Assembly (NCBI GenBank): GCA_029260815.1 | Contig: JAJDCN010000130.1 | Location: 929 to 64,928, forward strand | Direction: 5' to 3' | Source: Planctomycetota bacterium | GTDB taxonomy: Bacteria; Planctomycetota; B129-G9; JAJDCN01 | DNA length: 64,000 bases | Shown: positions 1 through 9,901 of the stretch, piece by piece | Layout of the letters: every line of letters begins with the position of its first letter | Numbering within the stretch: position 1 is the first letter of the stretch | The notes under the pieces: generated by a model | Databases searched by the model: none | What the model saw: only the letters and a program-made list of their open reading frames with translations | What the model was told of the DNA's origin: nothing | Program-made: the position numbers and the translations under genes

Positions 1-115
1 TCACCTCCGCGGGTGAAGGCGCCGCAGTCGCCATTGATGCGGTCAAATACATCGCGGAGACGACAATTTTAGATCGAACGGTTTGGCCGAAAAGCAGTGA
101 ATCGGAGGGCGTGAA

Positions 116-598
116 ATGATTAAGATCAAACGCATCCTGTTCCCGACCGATTTCTCAGACTTCTCCAAGCACGCTTTGAAGTACGCGAAGGCCTTCGCCC
201 GCGAATTCGAGGCGAAATTGTACGTGCTCCACGTGATGGAATACTCCATCGACCCTTCGCTGTTTTACATGAAGTATTTTCCCATGGAACTGCCCTTGAC
301 CGATTATTACAAAAAAGCCGACGACGAGACAAAAAAAGAACTTGAAGCCCTGGTCTCCGACGAAGAGCGAAAGGCTTACAAAATCGAAACCGTCGTCGTG
401 CAGGGCAGTCCTTTCCAGGAGATCATTCAGTTCGCCGAAAGCGCGCAGATCGATCTGATCACCATCGCGACCCACGGTCGAACCGGGATCAGCCATACCT
501 TCTTTGGCTCCACCGCCGAGAAAGTGGTGCGCAAGGCCCCCTGCCCGGTGTTGAGCATCCGACATCCGGAGCATGATTTCGTCAACGGAAACTCGTAG
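116..598 (+). CDS. Universal stress protein (UspA family)
   Basis: 160 aa. N-terminal 'ILFPTDFSDFS...A' and C-terminal 'ATHGRTGISHTFFGSTAEKVVRKAPCPVL' match the UspA ATP-binding fold motifs. Confidence 0.8.
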   Translation: MIKIKRILFPTDFSDFSKHALKYAKAFAREFEAKLYVLHVMEYSIDPSLFYMKYFPMELPLTDYYKKADDETKKELEALVSDEERKAYKIETVVVQGSPFQEIIQFAESAQIDLITIATHGRTGISHTFFGSTAEKVVRKAPCPVLSIRHPEHDFVNGNS

Positions 599-636
599 AA
601 GATGTCAAACCTGCCCGCTCGGACGCAACGACACCC

Positions 637-1479
637 ATGAAACTCGGCCACCTCGACCTCTCAATCGTTCCCGATGGTACCTTTCGTTTGGACGGCGGCG
701 CCATGTTCGGTGTGATCCCTCGCTCGCTCTGGCAACGGGTCGCGCCGCCGGACGAGGCGAACCGGATCCTGCTGGCCTTAAACCCCTTGCTGGTCCGGAC
801 CGGTGATCGGAACGTTCTGATCGATACGGGAATCGGGGATAAATGGAACGACAAGGCCCGGAAGATCTACGCCATCGAAAAGCCCGAGACCCTCGTGCAA
901 AGTATCGAGAGCAAAGGACTCACCGTCGACCAAATCGACACGGTCGTACTCACCCACCTGCACTTCGATCACTGCGGCGGCTCGACCCGCTACGATGACA
1001 CCGGGCGCCTGGTGCCTACCTTCCCCAACGCCACCTACTACGTCCCGCGGGGCGATTGGGAAGTGGCCATGAACCCCCACGAGCGGATCCGCGCCAGCTA
1101 CGTAGACATCGACTATATGCCGCTTCAAGAGGCCGGGGTCCTGAAGTTCGTTGAGGATGCCGCCGAGCCGGTGCCTGGCATCCGGTACCATGTGACCGGC
1201 GGCCACGCCCGATACCACGCGGTGATTCTCCTGGAGTCGGCCGGCCGCAAGGCGATCTATTGGGGAGATATTATCCCCACTGCCAATCACCTGAAACTCC
1301 CCTATATTATGGGCTACGACCTTTTCCCGGAAGAGACCCTTGAGGTCAAGCGCCGTCTGTTGAAGACCTCTTTGGAAGAGGAGTGGATCAACATCTTCGA
1401 GCATGACCGACAGATCCCCGCCTGCACCCTGGCCAAGGACGGAGACGATTACATCGTCAAGGAACCGCTGTCATGCTAG
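637..1479 (+). CDS. MBL-fold metallo-hydrolase
   Basis: 280 aa with a 'THLHFDHCGG' metallo-beta-lactamase HxHxDH zinc motif. The stop overlaps the start of the downstream GNAT gene. Confidence 0.8.
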   Translation: MKLGHLDLSIVPDGTFRLDGGAMFGVIPRSLWQRVAPPDEANRILLALNPLLVRTGDRNVLIDTGIGDKWNDKARKIYAIEKPETLVQSIESKGLTVDQIDTVVLTHLHFDHCGGSTRYDDTGRLVPTFPNATYYVPRGDWEVAMNPHERIRASYVDIDYMPLQEAGVLKFVEDAAEPVPGIRYHVTGGHARYHAVILLESAGRKAIYWGDIIPTANHLKLPYIMGYDLFPEETLEVKRRLLKTSLEEEWINIFEHDRQIPACTLAKDGDDYIVKEPLSC

Positions 1480-1934
1480 AGATTCGCAACGCCACGCCGG
1501 ACGATCTAGACGCCATCACGCGCCTGTGGCGCGCCATGATGGATCTGCAGCTTACGCTCAACGACCACTTTACGCTGACCGCCGATGCCGAGCCCTGTTT
1601 CCGCGACGCGGCAACGCAAAAGCTCGTCAATCCCGAAGCGATCAATCTGGTGGCCGTGCAGGAAGACCGCGTGATCGGTTTCTGCTTCTCGCGGATTCAA
1701 CCCTTTGCCAACATCTATACCAAAGACCGTTACTGCCTGATCTCCGACTTGTCCGTGGATCCACAGGCCCGGCGCAACGGGGTGGCCGCGAAGCTGCTGG
1801 ACGCCGTGAAGGCCTGGTGCATTGAGCAGGGCGTGGTACACTACGAAGTCAACGTGGCCCAGGGCAATACCGCGGCGGAAAAGTTCTGGGAAAAAGCAGG
1901 CTTCCAGGTGCTGACAAGAAAGTACATTCTGTAG
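1473..1934 (+). CDS. GNAT family N-acetyltransferase
   Basis: 153 aa with an acetyl-CoA binding motif region 'QARRNGVAAKLL' and the GNAT fold pattern. Overlaps the MBL gene by 7 bp, suggesting translational coupling. Confidence 0.8.
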   Translation: MLEIRNATPDDLDAITRLWRAMMDLQLTLNDHFTLTADAEPCFRDAATQKLVNPEAINLVAVQEDRVIGFCFSRIQPFANIYTKDRYCLISDLSVDPQARRNGVAAKLLDAVKAWCIEQGVVHYEVNVAQGNTAAEKFWEKAGFQVLTRKYIL

Positions 1935-2131
1935 CGTCCCGCCCCCGCTCTGGCTCAGGTGATAGACGCTTGACCGGGCATGAGAAACGCGGGTAAAGGG
2001 GGGGAGCCTTAGACTATTTTTACGAAGCATTCATTTGTAAGCTGCCGTCAGCGATCAGTTTTTTCGCCGCTCGAGTTTATGCACTAGTGACGAGAAATAA
2101 AGATTCCAAAGAAAGTCTCTAGAGAAGTTTG

Positions 2132-3100
2132 CTACGCTGCGTGCCGGCGGCGCCAAGATAAATAGAGGGCTCCTGCAGCGATTGCGGCACAGAATGCAAT
2201 TGCTGCCAGCCAAATGGTGCTAAGGGAAAAACTATTGTCGGTACTGTCCGCTGCTCCTTCGTCGGTAGTGGGAACAGGTTTACGAGGGTGCGACAATGGA
2301 GTAGGGTCTTTTGCCATATCTCTGTTAACGGGTTCCTCGCTTTCAACCGGCTGGGCTCTCTTTTTCCTGTCTGTGAGCCATGTCTCAAGTGTTCCATGAT
2401 ATCCGTCGAAGTCCTCGCTCTCCATCATCTTTTTGCCCAACTCTGTGAACGGCTTGTACTCCGTCCACAACACCAGGCCCACCAGAAATTCGCGGTCATC
2501 CTCGTACTTGACCCCTTGACTGATGCGTTCTTCGACCATCTTGGCAAGGGCCTTAATCTCTTGCCAATTCATCGGCTTCACGTCGAGGTCAAACTCTGCC
2601 GAGGTCTCTGTCAGTGGTGGCCCACGGTCTCCTCTGTTTGGCCCTGGAACATAAAGAGTCCATTTCAGATTCAGAATTGACGAGCCGGCAGGGAACGACG
2701 AAAAGTCGTGGTGGAGATATACTAATGACGTGAGCTTTTCTCCGGGGCTGAGTGAACGTGAGCCAATTAGGCCGCTGGGATCAGAAAAATCCTCTAAATC
2801 ATGCTTGCGTTTTACCCATGTCGAAGGAGCTGTGACTTCCACGGGCCACGACAACCGCAACTCAGTATCCCAGTAATAATCGATCGGCTCGTCCCCCAAA
2901 TACTGATGGGTTACTTTAAGAATTACAGGTCCGCTCTCAATGGCGCCGACAACCTCAATGTTCAAGTCAAAGGCTTCATTGAGAACCTCTTCCTGCTCCG
3001 GGGCTTCAATGTCTGGTGCAGTATACGCTGGGATTGCGCTAATCAAAATAGCAGTGCTCAGAGCTACAAGCGCTAATAGTTTGTATACCAAACGATCCAT
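2132..3100 (-). CDS. Hypothetical secreted protein with C-terminal membrane anchor
   Basis: 322 aa. N-terminal signal peptide (MDRLVYKLLALVALSTAILISAIPAYTA), C-terminal hydrophobic helix followed by RRRHAA. Local GC is lower than the surroundings. No recognisable catalytic motif. Confidence 0.5.
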   Translation of the reverse strand: MDRLVYKLLALVALSTAILISAIPAYTAPDIEAPEQEEVLNEAFDLNIEVVGAIESGPVILKVTHQYLGDEPIDYYWDTELRLSWPVEVTAPSTWVKRKHDLEDFSDPSGLIGSRSLSPGEKLTSLVYLHHDFSSFPAGSSILNLKWTLYVPGPNRGDRGPPLTETSAEFDLDVKPMNWQEIKALAKMVEERISQGVKYEDDREFLVGLVLWTEYKPFTELGKKMMESEDFDGYHGTLETWLTDRKKRAQPVESEEPVNRDMAKDPTPLSHPRKPVPTTDEGAADSTDNSFSLSTIWLAAIAFCAAIAAGALYLSWRRRHAA

Positions 3101-3231
3101 CCAGAAAGATCCTCTCTAAATTGAAGACGATGATGCCAAGTCGGAATTGCTGCCACGCTGAACCCTTTGCTCGTTGCAATCGGGGCTCCGCCATTGGCGG
3201 GATCGGTAAACAGCGTCGTTCCGACACCGCG

Positions 3232-4083
3232 TCAAGAAGGCGTGACGGCGGCGTGGATCTCCAGGAGGGTCTTGATCAGGTCCCGCAGCTCGTCGAACGG
3301 GATCATGTTCGGCCCGTCGGACAGGGCCTCTTCCGGATTCTCGTGGGTCTCGAAGAACACCCCGTCGGCGCCCGCCGCGACGCCCGCCTTGGCCAGCACC
3401 GGAGCGTATTCCGAATTCCCGCCCGAGATACTGCCCTGCCCGCCCGGCACCTGCACCGCATGGGTGCAGTCCATGACCACTGGATAGCCGTAGCCACGCA
3501 TAAACGGAACCGATCGGAAGTCTGTCACCAGCGTATTGTAACCAAAGCTGGATCCGCGCTCGGTCAGGAGGATCTTGTCGTTGTCCGAATCCGTTACCTT
3601 TTCGATCGTGTGGATCATGTCCCAGGGTGCGAGAAACTGACCCTTCTTGATATTGACCACCTTGCCGGTCTTGGCCGCCGCCACCAAAAGATCTGTTTGC
3701 CGACACAGGAACGCGGGAATCTGCAGGATGTCTAGCACCTCCGCAGCTGGTTGCGCGTGATCGGCTTCGTGGACGTCCGACAGCACCGGCAGGCCGATCT
3801 CGTCGCGAACCTTGGCGAGCACTTTGAGCCCGTCGTCCAGCCCTGGCCCGCGGAAGGAGCGAACCGACGTTCGGTTGGCCTTGTCGTAGGAGGCCTTAAA
3901 GACGAGCGTCGCGCCGGTGGCGTCGGCCAGCTTCTTGATCTTTTCAGCCAGGTGCAGCGCCGGCCCTTCCCCTTCGATCACGCACGGCCCGGCGACAAAG
4001 AACAGGTGCCCATTGCGTAGCGCAACGCCGTTGGACAAGGGGTAATGGAATAGGGTCTCTTCGTTTTGATTCTCTTGATTCAT
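3232..4083 (-). CDS. kdsA: 3-deoxy-8-phosphooctulonate synthase (KDO-8-P synthase)
   Basis: 283 aa with strong family signature 'FVAGPCVIE', 'VFKASYDKANRTS', 'LAPWDM', 'VMDCTHAVQ' and 'DGVFFETH'. Confidence 0.9.
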   Translation of the reverse strand: MNQENQNEETLFHYPLSNGVALRNGHLFFVAGPCVIEGEGPALHLAEKIKKLADATGATLVFKASYDKANRTSVRSFRGPGLDDGLKVLAKVRDEIGLPVLSDVHEADHAQPAAEVLDILQIPAFLCRQTDLLVAAAKTGKVVNIKKGQFLAPWDMIHTIEKVTDSDNDKILLTERGSSFGYNTLVTDFRSVPFMRGYGYPVVMDCTHAVQVPGGQGSISGGNSEYAPVLAKAGVAAGADGVFFETHENPEEALSDGPNMIPFDELRDLIKTLLEIHAAVTPS

Positions 4084-4958
4084 GTTTGGCTCCTCGGAGC
4101 CACTATTCTAACCTTCCGCCCGTCCATTGCAACCGTGACGGGAAGGGTTTTAAAAAAATCTCCGTCCAGTTGCAACGGCACTGGTTCCGGGCTGGTCAAC
4201 GCCACACGCTGGCCCTGGAGCAATTGGACCTTGGATTCGGGCAGCCGCTTGAACAAAAAGGCGTGGGCCAGCAGCAGAAGGAACCGCAGCGCGCTGCGCG
4301 AGCGGATGACACAGACCTCAAACCGACCGTCGCACGGGTCGGCATCCGGCGCGATGCGCATCGGCCCGCCGTAGGTGGCCACGTTGGTGATCACCACGGC
4401 GGAGGCCGTTTCGGTGATGAGATGGTCGTCGAGCACCAGCTTGATAGGCGGGAAAGAATAGCCGCGAATCGCTTGGAGGATCGGACGGGCATAGGACAGA
4501 AACGACCATCGTCCCTTGCGGCTCAGCGCAATCCGGCGGGTGACCTCCGCATCCAACCCGGCCCCGGCCATCAATAAAAAACGCCGCTCATCGCACAGCA
4601 AGGTGTCCATTTCCCGGAACCAGCCCTTTTCGATCCAATCACACAGCGCCTCGAGGTTTGCGGACAGGCCAAGCTCCCGCGCCAGAACGTTGGCGGTTCC
4701 GGTGGGGACGATGGCCAAGGGTGGCGGATTGTCCGGGAGAGCGTTGAGGACCCGGTTGATCGTGCCGTCGCCGCCGATCACCGCCACCAGATCGCAGGCC
4801 TGATCAAACAGGGCTTCAAACCGCTCCTCTGCTTGGGTGGCGTAAATGGAGGCCGTGTAGCCGATCTTCTCCAGATGGCCCCGCAGGCGATCGGCCAGGT
4901 CCATCGACCGGCCACCGCCGGAGATCGGGTTCGCGACGATCCGTGCAATCAACGGCAA
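4080..4958 (-). CDS. Diacylglycerol-kinase-catalytic-domain lipid kinase (YegS/DagK-like)
   Basis: 292 aa. 'IVANPISGGG...' followed by 'VIGGDGTINRVLNAL' is the DAGK_cat GGDGT motif. The stop overlaps the kdsA start by 4 bp. Confidence 0.75.
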   Translation of the reverse strand: MPLIARIVANPISGGGRSMDLADRLRGHLEKIGYTASIYATQAEERFEALFDQACDLVAVIGGDGTINRVLNALPDNPPPLAIVPTGTANVLARELGLSANLEALCDWIEKGWFREMDTLLCDERRFLLMAGAGLDAEVTRRIALSRKGRWSFLSYARPILQAIRGYSFPPIKLVLDDHLITETASAVVITNVATYGGPMRIAPDADPCDGRFEVCVIRSRSALRFLLLLAHAFLFKRLPESKVQLLQGQRVALTSPEPVPLQLDGDFFKTLPVTVAMDGRKVRIVAPRSQT

Positions 4959-5133
4959 TCCTTCCTTTGTTCAAAACCGGTATGCTACGGAAACTGGCCG
5001 TGCGGATCAAGCTTCGCCCGCCCGCTGTTACAATCGGCGTGCGCCTGATCCTTGACCTGTTGGGCCTCGGCCTGATAGAATTGCGAGCACGTTCAGGCAA
5101 AGCACCGATGGCAAAGGATTGTGACAGAGTTCT

Positions 5134-5508
5134 ATGGCGAATTATCGTTTGATCTATACCACGTCGTTTTCGGCTGCCCATAACTTGCGGTTGTATCACG
5201 GCAAGCCAGAGCCGCTGCACGGGCACAACTGGAAGGTGGAGGTGCGCCTGACCGGCCAGGAACTAGACGGTGAAGACATGCTGATCGACTTTAAGGAAGT
5301 CGAGGAAATGGTCGAGTCGATCCTGTCCGCCTACGACTACCACTACATCAACGATGTTCCGCCGTTTGATGAGCTTAACTCGACGAGCGAAAATCTGGCG
5401 CGCGAAGTCTATCAGCAGTTGTCCGAGATGATCTCGGTCCGTACCGTCCGGGTAGAGGAAGTCACTGTCTGGGAGACGCCTGCTTGCGGGATCGCGTATT
5501 CGGAGTAG
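5134..5508 (+). CDS. queD: 6-carboxy-5,6,7,8-tetrahydropterin synthase (QueD/PTPS family)
   Basis: 124 aa. 'FSAAHNLRLYHGKPEPLHGHNWKVEV' is the PTPS zinc-binding His triad motif. Confidence 0.8.
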   Translation: MANYRLIYTTSFSAAHNLRLYHGKPEPLHGHNWKVEVRLTGQELDGEDMLIDFKEVEEMVESILSAYDYHYINDVPPFDELNSTSENLAREVYQQLSEMISVRTVRVEEVTVWETPACGIAYSE

Positions 5509-5595
5509 AACCAAGGCGGTTTGCCGAGACCCTGGTTTCACAGTGGGGCGCTCGAGACCGCAAAAGACGAAGCCTTCTATTTGGAGTGAGGCCTT

Positions 5596-6093
5596 ATGCT
5601 GTGCCAGGCATGCAATCAGAACCCCGCAACCGTTCACGTGACCCAGATGGTCAAAGGGCAGCAAAAGGAAGAAATGCACCTGTGCGAGGCGTGCGCCAAG
5701 CAGGAGGGGGTGGCGCTGAAACCTACCCTTTCCTTCAGCGAGCTGCTGTCAGGGTTCATCGCACCCCAATTTGCCGATCCGCAGCAGGTTCCCAAAAAGC
5801 CGTGTCCGAACTGCGGCATTACGTACTCGATCTTCAGCGACATCGGCCGACTGGGGTGTCCGAACGACTACGAAGTCTTCCAACGAACCCTATCCGCCTT
5901 GCTGGACAAGGTCCATCGCTCCTCCCAACACGTGGGCAAGATTCCCACGCGAGCCGGCCAATCGGTGGCCCAGAGCGTTCGGCTTCGGGAGCTGGAAGAA
6001 CAACTTCGCACCGCGGTGCGAACCGAGAGCTACGAATTGGCCGCCCAGATTCGAGACCAGATCGCTGAGTTGAAGGAGAACCCGGACGGATGA
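5596..6093 (+). CDS. mcsA: Protein-arginine kinase activator McsA (zinc-finger plus UVR motif)
   Basis: 165 aa with two CxxC pairs (CQAC...CEAC, CPNCG...GC) and a C-terminal UvrB/C-like motif 'YELAAQIRDQIAELK'. The ATGA overlap with the downstream mcsB indicates coupling. Confidence 0.75.
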   Translation: MLCQACNQNPATVHVTQMVKGQQKEEMHLCEACAKQEGVALKPTLSFSELLSGFIAPQFADPQQVPKKPCPNCGITYSIFSDIGRLGCPNDYEVFQRTLSALLDKVHRSSQHVGKIPTRAGQSVAQSVRLRELEEQLRTAVRTESYELAAQIRDQIAELKENPDG

Positions 6094-7142
6094 ATCCAGA
6101 GAACAATACCTCCCATGCGGGCGAATGGATGCGGGGCAGTGGGCCCGATTCGGATATCGTCATTTCCTCACGGATCCGGTTCGCGCGGAACCTGGCCAAC
6201 CACCGCTTCGTGACCCGGGCCGACCGCAGCGAGCTGGCCGAGGTTCAAAGTAAAGTTCGCGAGGCGATTGTCAAGGCCGGTGTGTGCGAGGACATGGTGT
6301 ACTACGACCTGGAGACCGCGACGGCCGTGGACAAGCTGTACCTGGTGGAGCGCCATTTGATCTCCAAGGAGCACGGCGAAGGCGACGAGCCGCGGGGCGT
6401 TGCCGTGGGCAAGGACGAAGTCGTCTCTATCATGGTCAACGAAGAGGATCACCTGCGGATCCAGGTCTTGAAATCCGGCATGCAGTTGACCGAAACCTGG
6501 GCACATATTAACGAAGTCGACGACCGGATCGAGGAGCACGTGGAATTCGCATTCAGCTCCAAGTTCGGATATCTCACCGCCTGTCCCACCAACGTGGGCA
6601 CCGGACTGCGGGTCTCGGTAATGCTTCACCTTCCGGCTCTGGAGTGGACCAAGCAGTTGGAGAAAGTCTTCCACGCGGTCGCAAAGCTCAACCTCGCCGT
6701 CCGCGGCCTGTATGGCGAAGGCACCCAAGCCCTGGGGGATTTTTACCAGATCTCCAACCAGGTAACTCTGGGGAAGACCGAAACCGAAATCGTGCAAAAC
6801 GTCTCTGCTGTGATTCCGCAGATCATCCAGTACGAGCGCAAGGTTCGCGAGACGCTGCTGGTGGAGAACAAGCAGACGCTGGAAGACCGTGTGTGGCGGG
6901 CCTTCGGGATGCTCTCCACCGCCCGCACGATTACGTCTCAGGAGACCATGGATCTGCTCTCGAATATCCGCATGGGGGTGAACCTGGGTATCATCGACAC
7001 CCTGGAGATGTCCACCGTTAATGAACTTTTCATTCTGACACAACCCGCCCACCTGCAGAAACTTAAGGGGCGGACCCTGCCCAATACCGAGCGCGACGTG
7101 GAGCGCGCCAGCTTTATCCGGCAACGTCTGGAGGAGGGCTGA
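6090..7142 (+). CDS. mcsB: Protein arginine kinase McsB (ATP:guanido phosphotransferase)
   Basis: 350 aa with a phosphagen-kinase C-terminal domain ('CPTNVGTGLRVSVMLHLP') and the McsB-type N-terminus. Coupled to mcsA. Confidence 0.85.
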   Translation: MNPENNTSHAGEWMRGSGPDSDIVISSRIRFARNLANHRFVTRADRSELAEVQSKVREAIVKAGVCEDMVYYDLETATAVDKLYLVERHLISKEHGEGDEPRGVAVGKDEVVSIMVNEEDHLRIQVLKSGMQLTETWAHINEVDDRIEEHVEFAFSSKFGYLTACPTNVGTGLRVSVMLHLPALEWTKQLEKVFHAVAKLNLAVRGLYGEGTQALGDFYQISNQVTLGKTETEIVQNVSAVIPQIIQYERKVRETLLVENKQTLEDRVWRAFGMLSTARTITSQETMDLLSNIRMGVNLGIIDTLEMSTVNELFILTQPAHLQKLKGRTLPNTERDVERASFIRQRLEEG

Positions 7143-7257
7143 GGACGTAGGCCCCCGCTCGATGGCTTGAAATGGACCCGCGAGTGTGCTATAATAGGCA
7201 CCAGTGGCCCGAAAGGTGGGGCCGCACAAAAAGTCAAAAACCAAAAGGTAAAAAAAA

Positions 7258-8066
7258 TGGGTACAAAACAAATGTTCAATTGGGCCGCCGCGTGCGCACT
7301 GCTGTGCACGACCATTCTGCTTTCCCCCTCCACTGCCCGTGCCGATGCCGCAACGCATGTGACGAACTTCCGTGTGCGCCATTTCTTCTTCCGAGATCCT
7401 TTTGTGCGCCAGGGGTTCTTTTCCACGCATACGTACCTGTACCATCGTGGCTACTCCTACGGACCTCGGATCCATGCCTACCCCTATGGGTACCCGTACT
7501 CCGGATACCCGGCGGCCAACGAACCGACCTATGCGGTGTCCTCTCCTTATGAGTCGGCGGGTGAATACGTGGAACCACACCGCGCCGGCCGCGAGTTCCC
7601 GGAGCGATCCTATCTGGAGCCGACGGCTCAGACGGCAACCGCATTGGGACGCAAGCATTTGCAGGCCGGCTATCCTTCCACTGCGGCTTATTTTTTCTCT
7701 AAGAGTGTGGAAAAATCGGATCGCGTCGAACTGCGAATCCAACTGGTTCAGTCGCTGGTCGCCCAAGGCGACTACGCCCGTGCTGCCTCGCACCTGCGAT
7801 TTGCAATCGATCGTGACCCGGTCGGTGTAGGGGCCACGCGCACCCGTCGCGGAACCGGTGTCCGACTCAGCGAGCAGAGGGCTGCGTTGGAACGCCAGAT
7901 CACCCGGCAGTCGACGGATACCAGCGCACGGTTGGTGCTTGGGTTCCTGTACCTGTCACAAGATCGCCCCGACGCGGCGCGCCAGGTGCTGTTGGGCTTA
8001 TTGGAGCGGGATGCGCAGGACCTTCAGGCGCACGACCTGTTGCTGGCCATTGGGGTTGAGGACTAA
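7258..8066 (+). CDS. Hypothetical secreted protein (Tyr/Pro-rich segment plus TPR-like C-terminus)
   Basis: The ORF in the 7167..8066 frame probably starts at MGTKQMF, which carries a signal peptide ending ARA. Has a 'YPYGYPYSGYP' low-complexity region and a helical repeat-like C-terminal half. Confidence 0.45.
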
Positions 8067-9802
8067 AAGGTTTCCGGAACGATCTTACGGGTCCGTTCCA
8101 TCAGGTAGTTGACGGTCTCCCGGGCGTTGTCGAAGGTGAGGGCCTTCTTCGCGATCGCCTGGGCCTCCTTCATGCTGATGGAGCGGATGATCTTCTTGAC
8201 GCTCGGCAGCGAGCCGGGCGTGGCGCTCAGGGTACGGAACCCCAGGCCCAGCAGCAGGATCACGTATTCCGGCGTGGCGGACATTTCTCCACACAGACAA
8301 ACGTCTTTCTCAAAGCGCGCGCAGGTTTTTGCGATGTTCTTGAGCAGCCGCAGGACCGCCGGATGGGCCGGCTGGTACAGTTCGGCGATCCGCTCGTTTT
8401 GCCGGTCGACCGCGACGGTATATTGGATCAAATCGTTGGTGCCGATGTTGAAGAAGTCGACCTCTTTGACCAGGAGGTCGATGATCAATGCGGCGCTGGG
8501 CACCTCGATCATAATCCCGGTCTGAATGTTTTTGTTGAACGGAATCCGGTCTTCCTCCAACTCTTCCATCACGTCCGAGAGGATCAGCTTGACGCGCTTG
8601 ACCTCTTCCAGGCAAGAGATCATCGGGAACAGGACGCGAACGTTGCCGAAGGCGGAGGCCCGAAGAATGGAGCGGAGTTGGCTCTTGAACATGTCCAGTT
8701 CATCGAAGCACAGCCGGATCGACCGCTGGCCCAGGAACGGATTCTTCTCCAAAGGCTTCTCGACGCCTTCAAAAAACTTGTCCGCTCCCAAGTCGAAAGT
8801 CCGCACGACGACCGGGGCGTTGCCCATTTCCTTGGCGATTCGGCTGTAGATCTCGCTCTCGGTTTCCTCCCGACTCTTCTGCTGTTTGTCCATGTATAGA
8901 AATTCCGAGCGAAACAGGCCGATGCCTTCGGCCCCGGTATTTTTCACCGCTTCCAGCTCACCCGGCAATTCGATGTTCGCCAACAGCCGGATTTTTACGC
9001 CGTCGGTGGTCTTGGCGGGCAGGTTCTTGAGCTTCTTGAGCTTGTCCTCAAAGGCGTGATAGCCCTTGGCCAAGTCCTCGTATCGCTTGAGCGTATCCAC
9101 GTCGGGGGAGACGATGACCATGCCGGTATTGCCGTCGATGATGACCTTGTCACCGCCGGAGATGTCCGCGGTAATCGTTTCCAGGCCGAATACCGCGGGG
9201 ATTCCCAGGGCACGGGCCATAATGGAGCTGTGAGAGGTGGGACCGCCGGCGTCAGTGGCCAGACCTACCACATGATCGGTATTCAGCGTTGCCACTTGAG
9301 AGGGTGTCAGGTCCCGGGCGATGAGCACCACCGCGTGTCGAAGGGTGTTCAAGGCCTCGCGCTTTTCACCCAGCAGGAAGCGCATCAAGCGTTTCTCGAT
9401 GTCCTGGATGTCCTGGAACCGCTGGGAGAAGTAGTTGTCGTCGATGCCTCGAAAGTGCTTGATGAAGCGACGCAGGACACGGGAGATGGCGTATTCCGCG
9501 GTGAATTTGTTGTGGAGGATCCGGCTCTTGACCTCGTCGTGCATGCTCTTGTCTTTGAGCATCTTGAGGTGGGCCTCGAAGATCGGAACGTATTCGCTGC
9601 CGGCTTGCTCGTTGATTTGTTCCTGGATCAGCTTGATCTCTTTGGCCGCCTCGACGACGGCCTTCTCAAACCGCTCCACTTCCGCGTCGGCGCCGTCGTC
9701 ACGGACAAACCGCTGGCGGATGCGAAACTCCTCGCTATCAAGCACGAAAGCGGTGGAGATCGCAAAGCCTGGAGAAACCTTGATGCCTTTTTTGATTTCC
9801 AT
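8063..9802 (-). CDS. ptsI: Phosphoenolpyruvate-protein phosphotransferase (PTS Enzyme I)
   Basis: 579 aa with a PEP-utilising enzyme mobile domain ('GGPTSHSSIMARALGIPAV', phospho-His region) and a C-terminal TIM barrel ('GLFRSEFLYM'). Confidence 0.9.
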   Translation of the reverse strand: MEIKKGIKVSPGFAISTAFVLDSEEFRIRQRFVRDDGADAEVERFEKAVVEAAKEIKLIQEQINEQAGSEYVPIFEAHLKMLKDKSMHDEVKSRILHNKFTAEYAISRVLRRFIKHFRGIDDNYFSQRFQDIQDIEKRLMRFLLGEKREALNTLRHAVVLIARDLTPSQVATLNTDHVVGLATDAGGPTSHSSIMARALGIPAVFGLETITADISGGDKVIIDGNTGMVIVSPDVDTLKRYEDLAKGYHAFEDKLKKLKNLPAKTTDGVKIRLLANIELPGELEAVKNTGAEGIGLFRSEFLYMDKQQKSREETESEIYSRIAKEMGNAPVVVRTFDLGADKFFEGVEKPLEKNPFLGQRSIRLCFDELDMFKSQLRSILRASAFGNVRVLFPMISCLEEVKRVKLILSDVMEELEEDRIPFNKNIQTGIMIEVPSAALIIDLLVKEVDFFNIGTNDLIQYTVAVDRQNERIAELYQPAHPAVLRLLKNIAKTCARFEKDVCLCGEMSATPEYVILLLGLGFRTLSATPGSLPSVKKIIRSISMKEAQAIAKKALTFDNARETVNYLMERTRKIVPETF

Positions 9803-9901
9803 GGTCTACCGTCGGAGAGCCTCCGCTCCCATCGAACGCGAAGTAACACTAGCGATTTCGCCAACGAGCCAAACCGCGGAAAGTTCTTCGATTCCGGCCG
9901 G

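Noticed and set aside
3232-4083. Possible duplication or mobile copy, because KdsA and the DAHP synthase at 59312..60325 share motifs
   Set aside because: They are distinct members of the same ancient KDO8PS/DAHPS-I-beta family with different specificity loops. This is not a recent duplication.
6168-7793. 541-aa ORF on the minus strand
   Set aside because: Entirely antisense to mcsB and the downstream gene. It has Arg/Gly/Pro-rich composition typical of wrong-frame translation of high-GC DNA, and no recognisable motifs.
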